Assembly (NCBI RefSeq): GCF_006345805.1
Contig: NW_021824801.1
Span: 1 to 17,340 of the forward strand
DNA length: 17,340 nt
Direction of reading: 5' to 3'
Source of the DNA: Octopus sinensis
Taxonomy: Eukaryota
Both the position numbers and the translations under genes were made by a program. Numbering within the stretch: position 1 is the stretch's first letter; every line of letters starts with the position of its first letter. Shown piece by piece: positions 1 through 10,685 of this stretch. The notes beneath the pieces are model-generated. The model did not search any database. It was not told the origin of the DNA and worked only from the letters and a program-made list of their open reading frames with translations.

Positions 1-59
1 TCCTTTAGATTTTTCCTTGTCACATTCACGACCAATAAACTCTTTAAAAATGGCCGACA

Positions 60-92
60 GTCTGTCTATCTGTTTGTCTGTCTGTCTGTCTG

Positions 93-138
<46 letters not shown>
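60..138. repeat. (TCTG)n/(TC)n microsatellite
   Basis: Direct reading: tctgtctgtctg... grading into (tc)n. Confidence 0.95.
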
Positions 139-141
<3 letters not shown>

Positions 142-275
142 AACAATCTCCATCTCTGCCTCTGTCTATATATATATATATATATACTTAAAATGATAAG
201 TGTGAAAAATTGAATATTAAATTGATTAATATCAAGTTAAAACCAGTGGTCTAGCATGTTGAAAAGTTTCAGATT

Positions 276-386
276 TATATATGTAATGTAATATATATAT
301 ATATATATTATATATCAGTACATATATATATATATATTTATATATATATATATATGAGTATATATATATATTTATATATATATAAG

Positions 387-420
<34 letters not shown>

Positions 421-475
421 CTGTATGTAGTATGTATGTATGTATGTATGTATGTATGTATGTATGTAGGTATAC
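276..475. repeat. Imperfect (TA)n plus (TATG)n microsatellite
   Basis: Direct reading; source of the YI-rich ORF 232..477. Confidence 0.95.
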
Positions 476-600
476 ATAATATAATCTGTCTCTCTCCTCT
501 GCTCTTTCTAACGAAACCTTTCTCTGTTTCAATGACTTATAGACATGCATTTCGTACGCAAACTAAATCACCTACTAAACATTACGTGCACCTGTATCTG

Positions 601-677
601 CTATTGTAGCGGCAGCAACTGAGCAGCAGTTCAGCTGTTGCAGCTGCAGCAATTGCAGCATCAGCTGTAGTAGCAGC

Positions 678-708
<31 letters not shown>

Positions 709-856
709 TAGTAGTAGTAGTAGTAGTAGTTCGTTGTCGTTGTTGCTGTTGCTGTTGTCGCTGTTCTCGTCATAGTTGTTCTTGTTGTTGTTGTAGCAGT
801 GTGTGTAGCGGTAGCAGCAGAAGCAGAAGAAACAGCAGCAGCAGCAGCAGCAACAG
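601..856. repeat. Compound trinucleotide repeat (CAG/TAG/TTG mosaic)
   Basis: Runs of gcagca, gtagta and gttgtt; source of the poly-A/T/Y/C ORFs 582..872 and 661..888. Confidence 0.9.
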
Positions 857-1110
857 TTTGGTCCCAGGTCAAACGTGATCAGGTCCATTCTATGATGAAT
901 AGTTGTTGATCTGATTCATGCTGCTTTATACCCATTCACAGGATTTGTGGAATCACATAGTGGAATGTATTGTTTGTTCATTCTTTATAATGGTTAAATG
1001 TCTTTTAGCAAACAGAAATTAATTAGACTATACTGAGTTGGTTGTCTGAATGATTTCTGCTAAGGCAGTTATATAATCTTCAATATAGTGAAAGATGAAT
1101 ATTCAAGCGT

Positions 1111-1262
1111 ATCTTTTATCCTTTTTTGTCTGTCACTAATTTCAGTCATTGGACACCGACCACGCTGGGTCACCAGCTTGAGCGTTTAGTCAAACTGCTC
1201 TACTCCAGTATTTATCTAGAGTACGATGTTTATTCTCCCTGATTCTTTAGCCAAACAGCTAA
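1111..1262 (-). mobile_element. Diverged 3' fragment of SINE family A
   Basis: ttcagtcattggacaccgaccacgctgg...ttattctccctgattctttagccaaacagctaa aligns by eye to the reverse complement of the 3' half of the copy at 5889-6290. Confidence 0.7.
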
Positions 1263-1511
1263 TATGTGGATGTGTATACATAACAACAAGGTTGTTAAAC
1301 GGTGGTATAAGACAAATAAAGTAATCTAAAACACGCACACATGCATGCATGTATATATATAATATATATACATACATACACACATTCCTACATACATGTG
1401 TATGTATGCGCGCACGGCGGTCTTCCACACAGGCTCTGATTATCAAAGTCACTCAGAAAGCAAACGTCATCTGGGTCTGTGGTATGAATGCATTTGCCCA
1501 ATTTGCTGCGC

Positions 1512-1524
1512 ATATATATATTAG

Positions 1525-1559
<35 letters not shown>

Positions 1560-1616
1560 ATATATATATATATATATTAATGTATTATATAATATATGTT
1601 ATATATATATATAATA

Positions 1617-1649
<33 letters not shown>

Positions 1650-1650
1650 G
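1512..1650. repeat. (TA)n microsatellite
   Basis: Direct reading. Confidence 0.95.
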
Positions 1651-1720
1651 AAAGAAGGTTTGAAAATGCAATTTTAAATATGTTTATTTACTTGACCGGT
1701 TTCACTTCTTTTAGAAAAAG

Positions 1721-2085
1721 ATTGTCAAAAGTAAAACGAAAAGCTTTGTATAAGCTTTGTTGTGTTAAGTACTGGTTGTCTCAGACGTATTAAAATACAT
1801 ATATTAAGTCTTTGATAATAATAAGAAAATGTTAAAAACAGTTTACAAGGAAACATCTTGAGAAAATTTTAATCAAAATGTTCAATAAATATATTAGGAA
1901 TTAATTTAAATTTTTTATTGAACTTTTTGTTTAATATTTTCTCAAGATATTTCCTTGTAAACTGTTTTTAACATTTTCTTGTTATTATTTTCAAAGACTG
2001 TATATATGTATTTCAATACTTTTGTGACAACCAGTACTTAACACGACAAAGTTTATGCCAAGCTTTACATTTTAAATTTGACAAT
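1721..2085. repeat. Imperfect palindrome: ~170-bp inverted arms (1721-1890 and 1914-2085) with a ~23-nt AT-rich spacer
   Basis: Left arm ttgtgttaagtactggttgtc...aagaaaatgttaaaaacagtttacaaggaaacatcttgagaaaat matches the reverse complement of right arm attttctcaagatatttccttgtaaactgtttttaacattttctt...gacaaccagtacttaacacga. Both outer ends are attgtcaaa/tttgacaat. Confidence 0.95.
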
Positions 2086-2430
2086 GTACCTCAACCATAT
2101 ATTAGAGCAATGGAACAATGTTTTTTACAAATGGAAATATTCATTTTTATGAGGTCCAACTGAAATTGCACTACGGATTTTTCGAAATTTATACAGTCCT
2201 TGTGAGTGACAAATCCTCGCAAATACAATATTACTTGGCCTATTGTAGATAGTATGCAAGCATCAGGATCAGGAGCTTCAAATCAAAATTTAATATGGTG
2301 TGATACTTGTTTAAGCTAAGAATTGAGAGTTTTTGCTCCACTAAGTAACAGTTTAAATAAAAGAACTGGGATATTGGCAACTTGTATGTATTCGGCTAAG
2401 TATATTTTCTGTAACTATTTGCGCCTTTGA
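1914..2430 (+). mobile_element. Degenerate Penelope-like retroelement remnant (GIY-YIG endonuclease C-terminal region, with stops and frameshifts)
   Basis: Manual translation gives CDNQYLTRQSLCQA...PYIRAME...TTDFSKFIQSL*VTNPRKYNITWPIVD...WCDTCLS*ELRVFAPLSNSLNKRTGILATCMYSAKYIFCNY. This follows the motif order I recall for Penelope/Poseidon-type endonucleases (C..CLT..VVYKA; YIG.TE; STELSKYIW.LK...Y.I.W.I; C.LCL.EK; LNKRSEL...C.H..KFLL). Recognised by eye; needs BLASTX/HMM. Confidence 0.6.
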
Positions 2431-3179
2431 ATCTATTTCTTGTTCAGAAAAGCGTAGGTTTCGAAACACTTAATATCATGTCTGAATGAGACTCGTTTCG
2501 ATATATGTAGGTCTGTGTATGTGTGTGTAAATGTATACATCCATACATGTATATGAAGGTATACATATATAACTCTCTGTATATATATATCTGTATGCGT
2601 GTGCATATGTGTATGTCTATGCGTCAGCACCGACTAATGAAATATGAACACCCATCAATACACTCAATGTTTTTAAAAGATGTTACTTAAAAGTATTACT
2701 TAACAATATTACTTTTGAACATTACTTAAACGGTAACGCAATTTCCTGACTTGCTTCAATGAAATTTAAGACATTTATAATTATCTCAAGAACCAGAAAT
2801 GAAATTACAAAGGCGAACTTGAAACAACCTTATTGCTTGCGTCGACGACAATTTTTTAAAACAAATGAATAAGAATAAGCGTTTTCTACCAACTTTCATT
2901 TGATGTTTCAAAACATTCAAATAGTGAATATTTTAAAAGGAAAGCAGATTCGGTTTACCAGCTGATAACTAGAAACAAATAACACATCGTACTGAAAATT
3001 GGAGCCTATCGTTTATAATGTATTGAAGAATACTCAACATTTGTATTTCATCACGTAATTATCACTTCTGGTGAATCAATATATCAGACAGGTGCAGAAG
3101 TAATGTCCGATTTAAAGAACTAAGGTAAAAATGAATAAGCCAATGACTATTTAATTAATCTTGCAATTTTGAGCCGTAA

Positions 3180-3900
3180 AGAAGAAAGTGCCAAATTTGC
3201 TAAAGGGGTTTTCAAATAAAACTGTTCAGTTCTAATGAAATGATTAACAAAAGAATATAACTATGTGGGGGTCAGTAACAAAATTTAAAAAAACCCAAAA
3301 AACTGAGTTGCCAAGAAACAGTTTGCAGGAAGTGAGACTGGACCATATATTGTAATTTGGTGAACGCAGTTGGAGGCGAAATGTACATATTCGAATCTTT
3401 GCATCCATGCTCATTATCTTAAACCCGTATAAGCACAGTGAATCTATCCAGTTACATACAGTGGACTTATCCATGTGTTTACATTTATGGAAGGTATCAT
3501 AAAAAAACACTTAAATATACAAAATGCTGCAATATTTTTCTACGATTTCCGGAGTACATATTCCACATATCTTGCCGCCTATTTAAGTTATTGTTTGTCC
3601 AACAATCCTCCCTTTTGTGATAGAGTCCATGGCTCTTTCCTTCAATGGCCATATATTACACCAAATCTATTATTTTGTTTATCGGTTCATCTGAAAGACA
3701 CATGATTGTAAGATCTTCACTTTGATTTCCCTTCTGATATACCACTATTGCGTTTTAGAGCTATAATGGGGCTCAGACTTCTTGTATTAACCCCTGCTTC
3801 CTGAATTATAACGTTGAGTCTCGGGTTATAATAAATTTATCATCACACTTTCAGGTAACCTGAACGCTTTCTGAACAAAGTTTCTCAAACTATGTCTAAT
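3180..3900 (-). mobile_element. Possible second, highly decayed Penelope-like remnant
   Basis: Minus-strand pieces in the expected order across frameshifts: HGLYHK..., MWNMYSGNRRKILQ, AYTGLR**AWMQRF, PNYNIWSSLTSCKLF, ILLLIISLELNS. Similarity is weak and by eye only. Confidence 0.3.
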
Positions 3901-5403
3901 TTTTTTAAAGAGATTGCATAAGTATCAGAGATTGTATAGGTATGTTAAAGATACTGGAGAAAGCCAAACATTATAAAGAGAATAATGATGGCCGTAATTT
4001 TTGTCATTCTGAAAGGATAAATATTTCTTTCTATGTAAAAGTTATCTTGAATAATGTTACAGAGGTAATGTTTTTATATTTTATTTTATTCTTTTGTCGC
4101 TATAAATCAAAATATTTGATGAGACACTTAAAATACCTAACGAATGAACCTGAAATAGCTTCGAAACTATATAATTTCTATTGTTAGCAAATATTGCATT
4201 CAAAAACTCTTTTTATCTTTACAAATGGGAATTTTCTGTTGAACTATTCTAAAACGCCAAGCAGATGAACTTTGGCCTGTTGCGTTGTATGGTTTTTCGA
4301 TTGTCAATGTAGATATTTAGCGTATTTTTATTCAACGCTTTTTGTTCAAGTGTTGAATTTCATTATTTTGTTGGTATTATATTCTATTTTAAATACATTT
4401 CACGTCATATACATAGATAAATCCGCCTAATACACTTTTCTCATGGTACGGTTTCAAACACAGTTTCAGTTTCCGAAAATTAAACTTCCAGCAAATTTCC
4501 CTACCATTACAAAGCTTAACTGCCGGAAAGTACAAAGCTTTTGCTAGTTTTTTTCAAATGGATATGCATTAACAAGCAGACATATACATCATCTTGAGTC
4601 TCGCCACTTTGACGTAACATAACATCGAGAATGTAACAGTTGGAAGGTATGAACATCACCAGTAGTTAACAGGTACTCAAGTTCATTTTATAGTAATATG
4701 AAATTAGTACCTTCCTCAAAGACAGAACGCATTAACTGGCCTTGAATTCAACTTACTACCTTACAATTATGAGTTAAACACTCCGACTAGTAAGATAAGT
4801 AGAGTGTTCATCATGTTGTTAATCTACAGCAAAATATTTAAATTTTCCCTCTTTGTATATCCGCTACGTACGCTATATGTTGTATCATATCTCTATATAG
4901 TGTGGACTGAGACCCCTGCAGAAAGATCACTGATATTAATTAAAGTGTTAAGCATTTATGATATGCAAATTAGTAGCTCAACTTTTCTCAATTTTGGGGG
5001 ATTTCTTTTATATATATATATATATAATATATATATATACATATTTGTTACTTATTTCTCTGGAATTGGTCAAGTGATGTACATTCTTCTGACAAGTACC
5101 CAATATGGTCCAATTAAAGTAGTTTTTTATTCCAACCTAGGTTGAAATTCTTAAGCAGGACATAAATACATACATGTAATGCATGTGGTGTAAAAAATAA
5201 ACACCAAAAGCAAATACAGAATTGGCACTCATAAAATGTAGAATTGAAAAGGAAATGTCTTCTACTTTTCGAATATTCACACTTTCTCTGGAAGAGAGGA
5301 CAGGCAGCGGTATATGATTGGAAACATTCTCTTTGTGACCATCTCGCGTGTATGACATTTGGCGAATTAACGAATTTGTTCTAAATACTGCTATTAATGC
5401 TAC

Positions 5404-5471
5404 TATAAAACTACTACTGCTATATCTCCTACCACCACCACCAGTACTACTACTACTACTAATACGATGAA

Positions 5472-5511
<40 letters not shown>

Positions 5512-5545
5512 GTTGCTGCTGCTGCTACTATCACTACTATTACAC
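5404..5545. repeat. (CTA)n/(CTG)n trinucleotide repeat
   Basis: Direct reading; gives the poly-Ser of ORF 5137..5643. Confidence 0.9.
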
Positions 5546-5780
5546 GGTAGTGTTGAACTTTGAGAGAATTTAGTTAATATTCCCAGCAGATCTATATCTC
5601 TTTGTATCATATATTGACAATTATCTCTGCTTTCCCATTTCACTTATCGGTTTGAGGCATACTTTCTGATTGTCTTCATGGTGGTCTGTCTCGTGTTGTA
5701 TCCTTCACACTCAAATTTCTTTTTCTGTTATGCTGCTTTTTCTCGCGCGCATGTAGTCTAGAAGTAAAAATATATATCTT

Positions 5781-5867
5781 ATCTTTTATCTTTTACATGT
5801 TTCAGTCATTGGCTACGACTATGCTGGAGCGCATCTTGAAGGCTTTTAGTCGAAAGATTGGCCCCAG
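5781..5867 (-). mobile_element. 3' tail fragment of SINE family A, inverted relative to the adjacent copy
   Basis: tcttttatcttttacatgtttcagtcattggctacgactatgctggagcgc...ttttagtcgaa is the reverse complement of the ending at ~6205-6290. Confidence 0.85.
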
Positions 5868-5888
5868 CCCATAAGTACCAGTTGAGCA

Positions 5889-6002
5889 TACCAACCACAT
5901 GGTTCCGGGTTCCGTCCCACTGCGTGGAACCTTGGGCAAGTGTGTAAAAGCCTTGTGAGTAGATTTGGTAGATGGAAACTGAAATAAGCCCGTTGTATAT
6001 AT

Positions 6003-6064
<62 letters not shown>

Positions 6065-6290
6065 ATATATGTGTGTATGTTGTGTGTCTGTGTTTTTTTC
6101 CCCCCATGACAACCAATGCTGGTGTGCTTACGTCCCCGTAACTTAGCGGTTCGGCAAAAGAGACCGATAGAATAAGAATAAGTACTAGGCTGTTAAAGAA
6201 TAAGCCCTAGGGTCGATTTGCTCGACTAAAGGCGGTGCTCCTGCATGACCGCAGTCAAATGACTGAAACAAGTAAAAGAGTAAAAGAGTA
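5889..6290 (+). mobile_element. Near full-length tRNA-derived SINE family A (Octopus-type)
   Basis: B-box-like gggttccgtccc in the head, body gccttgtgagtagatttggtagatggaaactg, internal (TA)n at ~5996-6070, and 3' tail gactgaaacaagtaaaagagtaaaagag. It is ~22 nt shorter than the 13085-13528 copy at ~5947 (gtaa versus cttctactatagcctcgagtcgatcg). Confidence 0.9.
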
Positions 6291-6340
<50 letters not shown>

Positions 6341-6347
<7 letters not shown>

Positions 6348-6972
6348 TCTATGAGATTCCAACTTAGTCTGATTTTTCACGTTTTATTATTTGCGATTTT
6401 TACAATTTTACAATTTTGCAACAGTGAAATAAAATAGTCCTTTCATGCGTGAAGCAATCATCAGGGTTATGTAGTGACAGTGATGGAAGGGATGGTGGCA
6501 GCGTTGACCAAATTAACATTGACTCGTTTGAAATCTAAGAATTTCTGGAGTAGCAATAGAATTAGAATTGAATGAAAACAAGAATGTTGTTTACAACATT
6601 TCAAAATATAGCCAAGCAATTATTCCTTTAGGTATAGTTAAAATGAACAATCCTTGACGTGCCCATTAAACTGTGACGTCTGAGCCACATACTGCTTGGT
6701 CGAAATACAGTTAAAATTTAGTTGGCGTACGCACCAATCCGTGACACCTAAACCACATACTGATTGGTCAAAAACTAGTTCTTAATGTTCATCCAGCTGC
6801 AGCAGTTGTCACTTGTTAAACACCAGTGTCACAACATAAACTTGATATCTCCGTAACGCATGAATGTACTAGTTTATTTCAATATTGTATAATTCTAAAA
6901 TTGTAAAATTGTAAAAATTGAAAATAATAAAACATGAAATTCAAACTAAGTTGGAATCTATTTGATTAATAT
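6341..6972. mobile_element. MITE-like non-autonomous DNA element with ~140-bp imperfect TIRs
   Basis: Left atattaatctatgagattccaacttagtctg...tttttacaattttacaatttt...ttcatgcgt versus right acgcatgaa...aaaattgtaaaattgtaaaaa...aaactaagttggaatctatttgattaatat. TTAA lies at 6344-6347 and 6966-6969. No coding capacity seen inside. Confidence 0.8.
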
Positions 6973-7220
6973 ATTGTTCTATACACAATCATACAAATTC
7001 GGATACATATATATATATATATCGATTTTTTGTTTTTACGCTCAGTTTTAAGAAAAATAATTTTACATTAATCTCTATTATCAGATGATTTCCAGTTGCG
7101 ATACTCCTATAGTGTTTGGGAAGTCTGTCTGCTACAATGATGTGACAAATGTTTATAATTCGTGCAAACATACTTTCATTCGAGCGTTTGCATGAATATA
7201 TTCATACATTTTCTTTCCAG

Positions 7221-7298
7221 AAAGATTTGTGCCCACTATTTTCACACTCATTTTTATAACTTTAACTGCTCCGAGAACCGCCATTCAACCCCTAAAAG
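7221..7298 (+). other. Candidate 78-nt exon (speculative)
   Basis: Strong acceptor cattttctttccag| and weak donor AAG|gtatat. Phase 1-1 frame is open: RFVPTIFTLIFITLTAPRTAIQPLK. May instead be a decayed repeat. Confidence 0.2.
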
Positions 7299-7651
7299 GT
7301 ATATATTTAGATATATATGTATATCTATTTATATAACGACCGACATGCTTTCCTCCTGACCATCCGTTCCTTCCACCATGTCTTTTTCCCTGAGCATTCT
7401 TCTACGAACCAATGAAGAGCTATGCTCTAAACATCATATTTTTTAAGTTTTAATTTTCCGTCTAAAACTTTCATTCATTTTGTTTTTATTGTCGTTTATC
7501 ACCGAATTACCTCTCTCCCTATCTTATTCACTTTTCTCTCTCTCACACACACTTTCTCTATTTCTCTATCTCTCTCTCTTTATATATATATATATAAATA
7601 AGTGTGTGTGTGTGGGTTATAAACTAGAACAAACAGTAAAAGGTGGACACT

Positions 7652-7708
7652 ATAGTACTCAGTTTCGAATGCCGGAGCAAAGAGGTACGTTACATTCTCG
7701 TCGGTAAT
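7652..7708 (-). ncRNA. Variant type I hammerhead-ribozyme-like motif (left arm)
   Basis: Minus strand reads CCGACGA-GAATG-[21 nt]-CATTC-GAAA-C-TGA-GTA-CTAT. Stem II is a perfect 5 bp, stem III is minimal, core position 4 is C instead of U, and stem I is disrupted. Confidence 0.45.
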
Positions 7709-7988
7709 TAATGGCAACAGACGCTACGAGAAACCGTTAAATATAAGAGAGGTAACTCTAATAGGTAGGAAAAAAGAAAAAAGATGAAAAATATTATAAA
7801 ATATACATACACACAACCATATTCTCACAATACATATACGTAAAACTCCTGCGTTCACGTTTGAATGCGTATACACTCACACAAACATGTATAAGTACAT
7901 GCACACACGCACACATACACATATATGCATGCACGTAATCATACATATACATATATCCATATACACATAGGCAGACATGTATATATAT

Positions 7989-8088
<100 letters not shown>

Positions 8089-8373
8089 ATATATACACAG
8101 GCATACATTTGCACTCCCGCATGTAAACATATATGTAATGATTACGTACATACATATATGTTTGTGTACATATATATATATTTGTGTGTGCGTGTACGTA
8201 TCTAGACGTTGGAAATGCAGGAGGTTTATGATTATGTATTGTGGGAATATGGTTGTGTGTATATTTTTATATACATATTTTATATATTTTACTCTATTTT
8301 TCTGTCTTTCTTCCCCTCCTATTAAAGTTACTACCCTTATATTTAACGGCTTTTCGTAGCCACTGTTTCTTTA

Positions 8374-8432
8374 ATAGCCGATGAGAATGTATCTTAGCTC
8401 TTCGCTCCGGCAATAGAAACGCGGAGTACTAT
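8374..8432 (+). ncRNA. Variant type I hammerhead-ribozyme-like motif (right arm)
   Basis: ATAG-CCGATGA-GAATG-[21 nt]-CAATA-GAAA-C-GCGGA-GTA-CTAT. Stem I ATAG/CTAT is intact and stem II carries two mismatches. Confidence 0.4.
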
Positions 8433-8523
8433 AATGACAAACTTTTAATGTTTGTTCTAATTTACAACTTATATGAATGATACTGTATTGCTCTAATATC
8501 GAGGTCTCATTATTTTGCTGTTA

Positions 8524-8534
8524 CATTTATTATT

Positions 8535-8590
<56 letters not shown>

Positions 8591-8770
8591 TATTATATTG
8601 TTGTTGTTTGTTGTTATATATATAAAACATGTATATATATATATATATTATATATATATTATACATACTTACATATATATGCATACATACATATATATAT
8701 ACATTCATACATATATATGCATACATACATATATATATGTATATATATATATATACATATATATATATAC

Positions 8771-8813
<43 letters not shown>

Positions 8814-8897
8814 CTACATATATATATACATGCATACATACATACATGCATACATACATACATGCAGACATACATGCATGCATACATACATACATAT
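8524..8897. repeat. (ATT)n/(GTT)n followed by (TA)n/(TACA)n compound microsatellite
   Basis: Direct reading; source of six overlapping low-complexity ORFs. Confidence 0.95.
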
Positions 8898-9224
8898 TTG
8901 CCCCTTATCAATGTAGAGCAGCCGAACCGTCTGTTCGAAGGATTATTTACCTAAATTAAGTAGAATACATCCACTGCAAATACCCTGAAACTATTCTGTA
9001 GATGCCAGACCGGCAAGGGGAAGCGGCTGATACCCCCCCCCCTGTTCGAAGGTTATAATGGACACAGGTTCGTGTGTCACATATCTAGCTAGAGGCGTTG
9101 ACCTCTTGGAGCTAATCAACGGTAGCATTCGTCGTATTTTTCTGGACTGCCATGTTAGCGCTTGGCGTTAACTATTAATACCCAGTGCCACTGTCGTAGT
9201 CTCCTTTAGAGAGAATTAGAAATC

Positions 9225-9276
<52 letters not shown>

Positions 9277-9309
9277 ATACATGCGTATATCACACATATA
9301 CATACATAG

Positions 9310-9438
9310 ACGCGGGCTCCACTGAAAATCGTTCAGAGGCTAGGTGCCCCCGGACTATAGATCGAATCACCGCTCAGCGAAATTGAATACAAAACCACGG
9401 GGTTGCAAGGCGAGCTTGTTAAAGACACAGCCATCAGG
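9310..9438 (-). mobile_element. Diverged 5' part of SINE family A
   Basis: gacgcgggct...cccggactatag...aaccacggggttgcaaggcgagcttgttaaagacacagcca resembles 13395-13528 and the family head. Confidence 0.55.
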
Positions 9439-10049
9439 TGTATCTATATATCCGAATGTATATATCTATGTGTATGTATACGATTATATATATGTGTGTG
9501 TGTGCGTGTGTGTGTGTTGTGTGAGTGTGTTTCTTCCACTGTGTGTGTGTGTGTTCGTGTGTTCGTATGTACGTATGAATTACTAAGTAGTTATATATTT
9601 GTCTTCATGCCTGTAAGTGTTTATATTTATATGTTTATGTGTGTATGTGTGTCTGTTTGCTTGAGTATATGTATCAGTAATCAATCCCAACATTCTATAT
9701 ATTCTATATTGAACGTTCTAGAATGAAAGCAGCGACAACAGTTAGTTTTATTCGAATGAAGAAAATCAATAAAAGAGACTAAAAGTAAATTCTGTACAAC
9801 AATAATAAACTTGCCGTGATTATATTTGATATCATTGCTATGTTTCACGTTTATATTATGTCATGATATAACACGGTGTTCTACACAACAGCATAACATG
9901 CTGGACAAACTACAATGACATCCGTCTACAATTTCATTCGCTTAAGCTATAAGTCCAGCGTTTCCAGTTATGGCTGTCTGAAGAAATGTGTAAATATCGC
10001 TGGATTTAAATCACCTTCAACGCTTTTATTGATTTGTGTGAATGTGGAA

Positions 10050-10185
10050 GAATGAGAACAGATGCAACCGCTTTGCTATCGTGTGTTCTTGGGTTCAATT
10101 CTATTGCACGGTATCAGGTTCTGAAGAATTCTGTCATAGCCCCGGATTGACTTGAACTTTTTAGCATGGAATTGAGTTGGTCAAA
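10050..10185 (+). mobile_element. Strongly diverged 5' part of SINE family A
   Basis: B-box-like gggttcaattct followed by catagccccggattgac...gcatggaattgagttgg, collinear with the family A body. Confidence 0.4.
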
Positions 10186-10258
10186 CGACGTAGAACATTT
10201 AATATATATCACCATGCTTGCCACATTTTGTGTTGCACTGATATTATCTAAGGATTAT

Positions 10259-10453
10259 AAAGGCGATGAGCTGGTGTTTGTTCCCTGGACAAAATGGCTA
10301 GCATTTTTACGTTCTGAGTTCAAATTCCTCGAGGTTGATTCTACCTTTCATCCTTTCGAGGTCGATAGTTGAGTACTGGCATTTGATCTAACCGATTTAA
10401 GCTTATCACTCTATACAGGCTGGCCTTGTGCCAAAATTTGAAACCGATATTAT
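10259..10453 (+). mobile_element. tRNA-derived SINE family B, copy 1
   Basis: Head aaggcgatgagctgg, B-box-like gagttcaaattcc, body cctttcatcctttcgaggtcgata, tail ggccttgtgccaaaatttgaaaccgatattat. Confidence 0.85.
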
Positions 10454-10464
10454 CAAAGTATTAT

Positions 10465-10685
10465 AAAGGTGGTGAGCTGGCACGATCGTTAATCCAGTGG
10501 ACAAATGCTTGGCAATATTTCGCCCGTTTTTACTTTATGAGTTCATATTCTGTCCAGGTCGATTTTGACTTTTATCGTTTCGGGCTCGATAAAATAAGTA
10601 CCCGTTGAACACCGTGATAGATGGGATCGACCGACACGTCTTCAACAAAATTTCAGGCCTTGTGCTTATAGCAGAAAGGATTACT
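10465..10685 (+). mobile_element. tRNA-derived SINE family B, copy 2 (head-to-tail with copy 1)
   Basis: Head aaggtggtgagctggcacgatcgtta, gagttcatattc, gataaaataagtacccgttgaacac, tail aaaatttcaggccttgtgcttatagcagaaaggatta. Confidence 0.85.

Noticed and set aside
582-888. Poly-Ala/Thr/Gln-like ORFs suggesting a low-complexity transcription-factor exon
   Set aside because: The repeat register shifts between blocks, there is no flanking domain and no good splice pair. Similar mosaics at 5404-5545 and 16180-16310 suggest background repeats.
3654-3691. Minus-strand acceptor tgtgtctttcag followed by (D)EPINKIIDLV-stop, a possible terminal exon
   Set aside because: No partner minus-strand exons were found, and the region is better explained as decayed retroelement sequence.
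3945-4008. Minus-strand acceptor followed by MTKITAIIILFIMFGFLQYL-stop, resembling a signal anchor
   Set aside because: It stops after 20 codons, and hydrophobic runs arise readily in T-rich DNA.
5137-5643. 168-aa minus-strand ORF
   Set aside because: It starts at GTG, its length depends on a (TAG)n-type repeat giving poly-Ser, and I recognise no domain or convincing splice boundaries.
5889-5930. tRNA-like B-box motifs here and in other SINE heads
   Set aside because: They are SINE Pol III promoter relics with no complete cloverleaf, so no tRNA gene is called.
8931-9052. 11-bp direct repeat ctgttcgaagg about 110 bp apart (possible TSD)
   Set aside because: One such match is roughly expected by chance in a window this size, and the enclosed sequence has no recognisable element ends.
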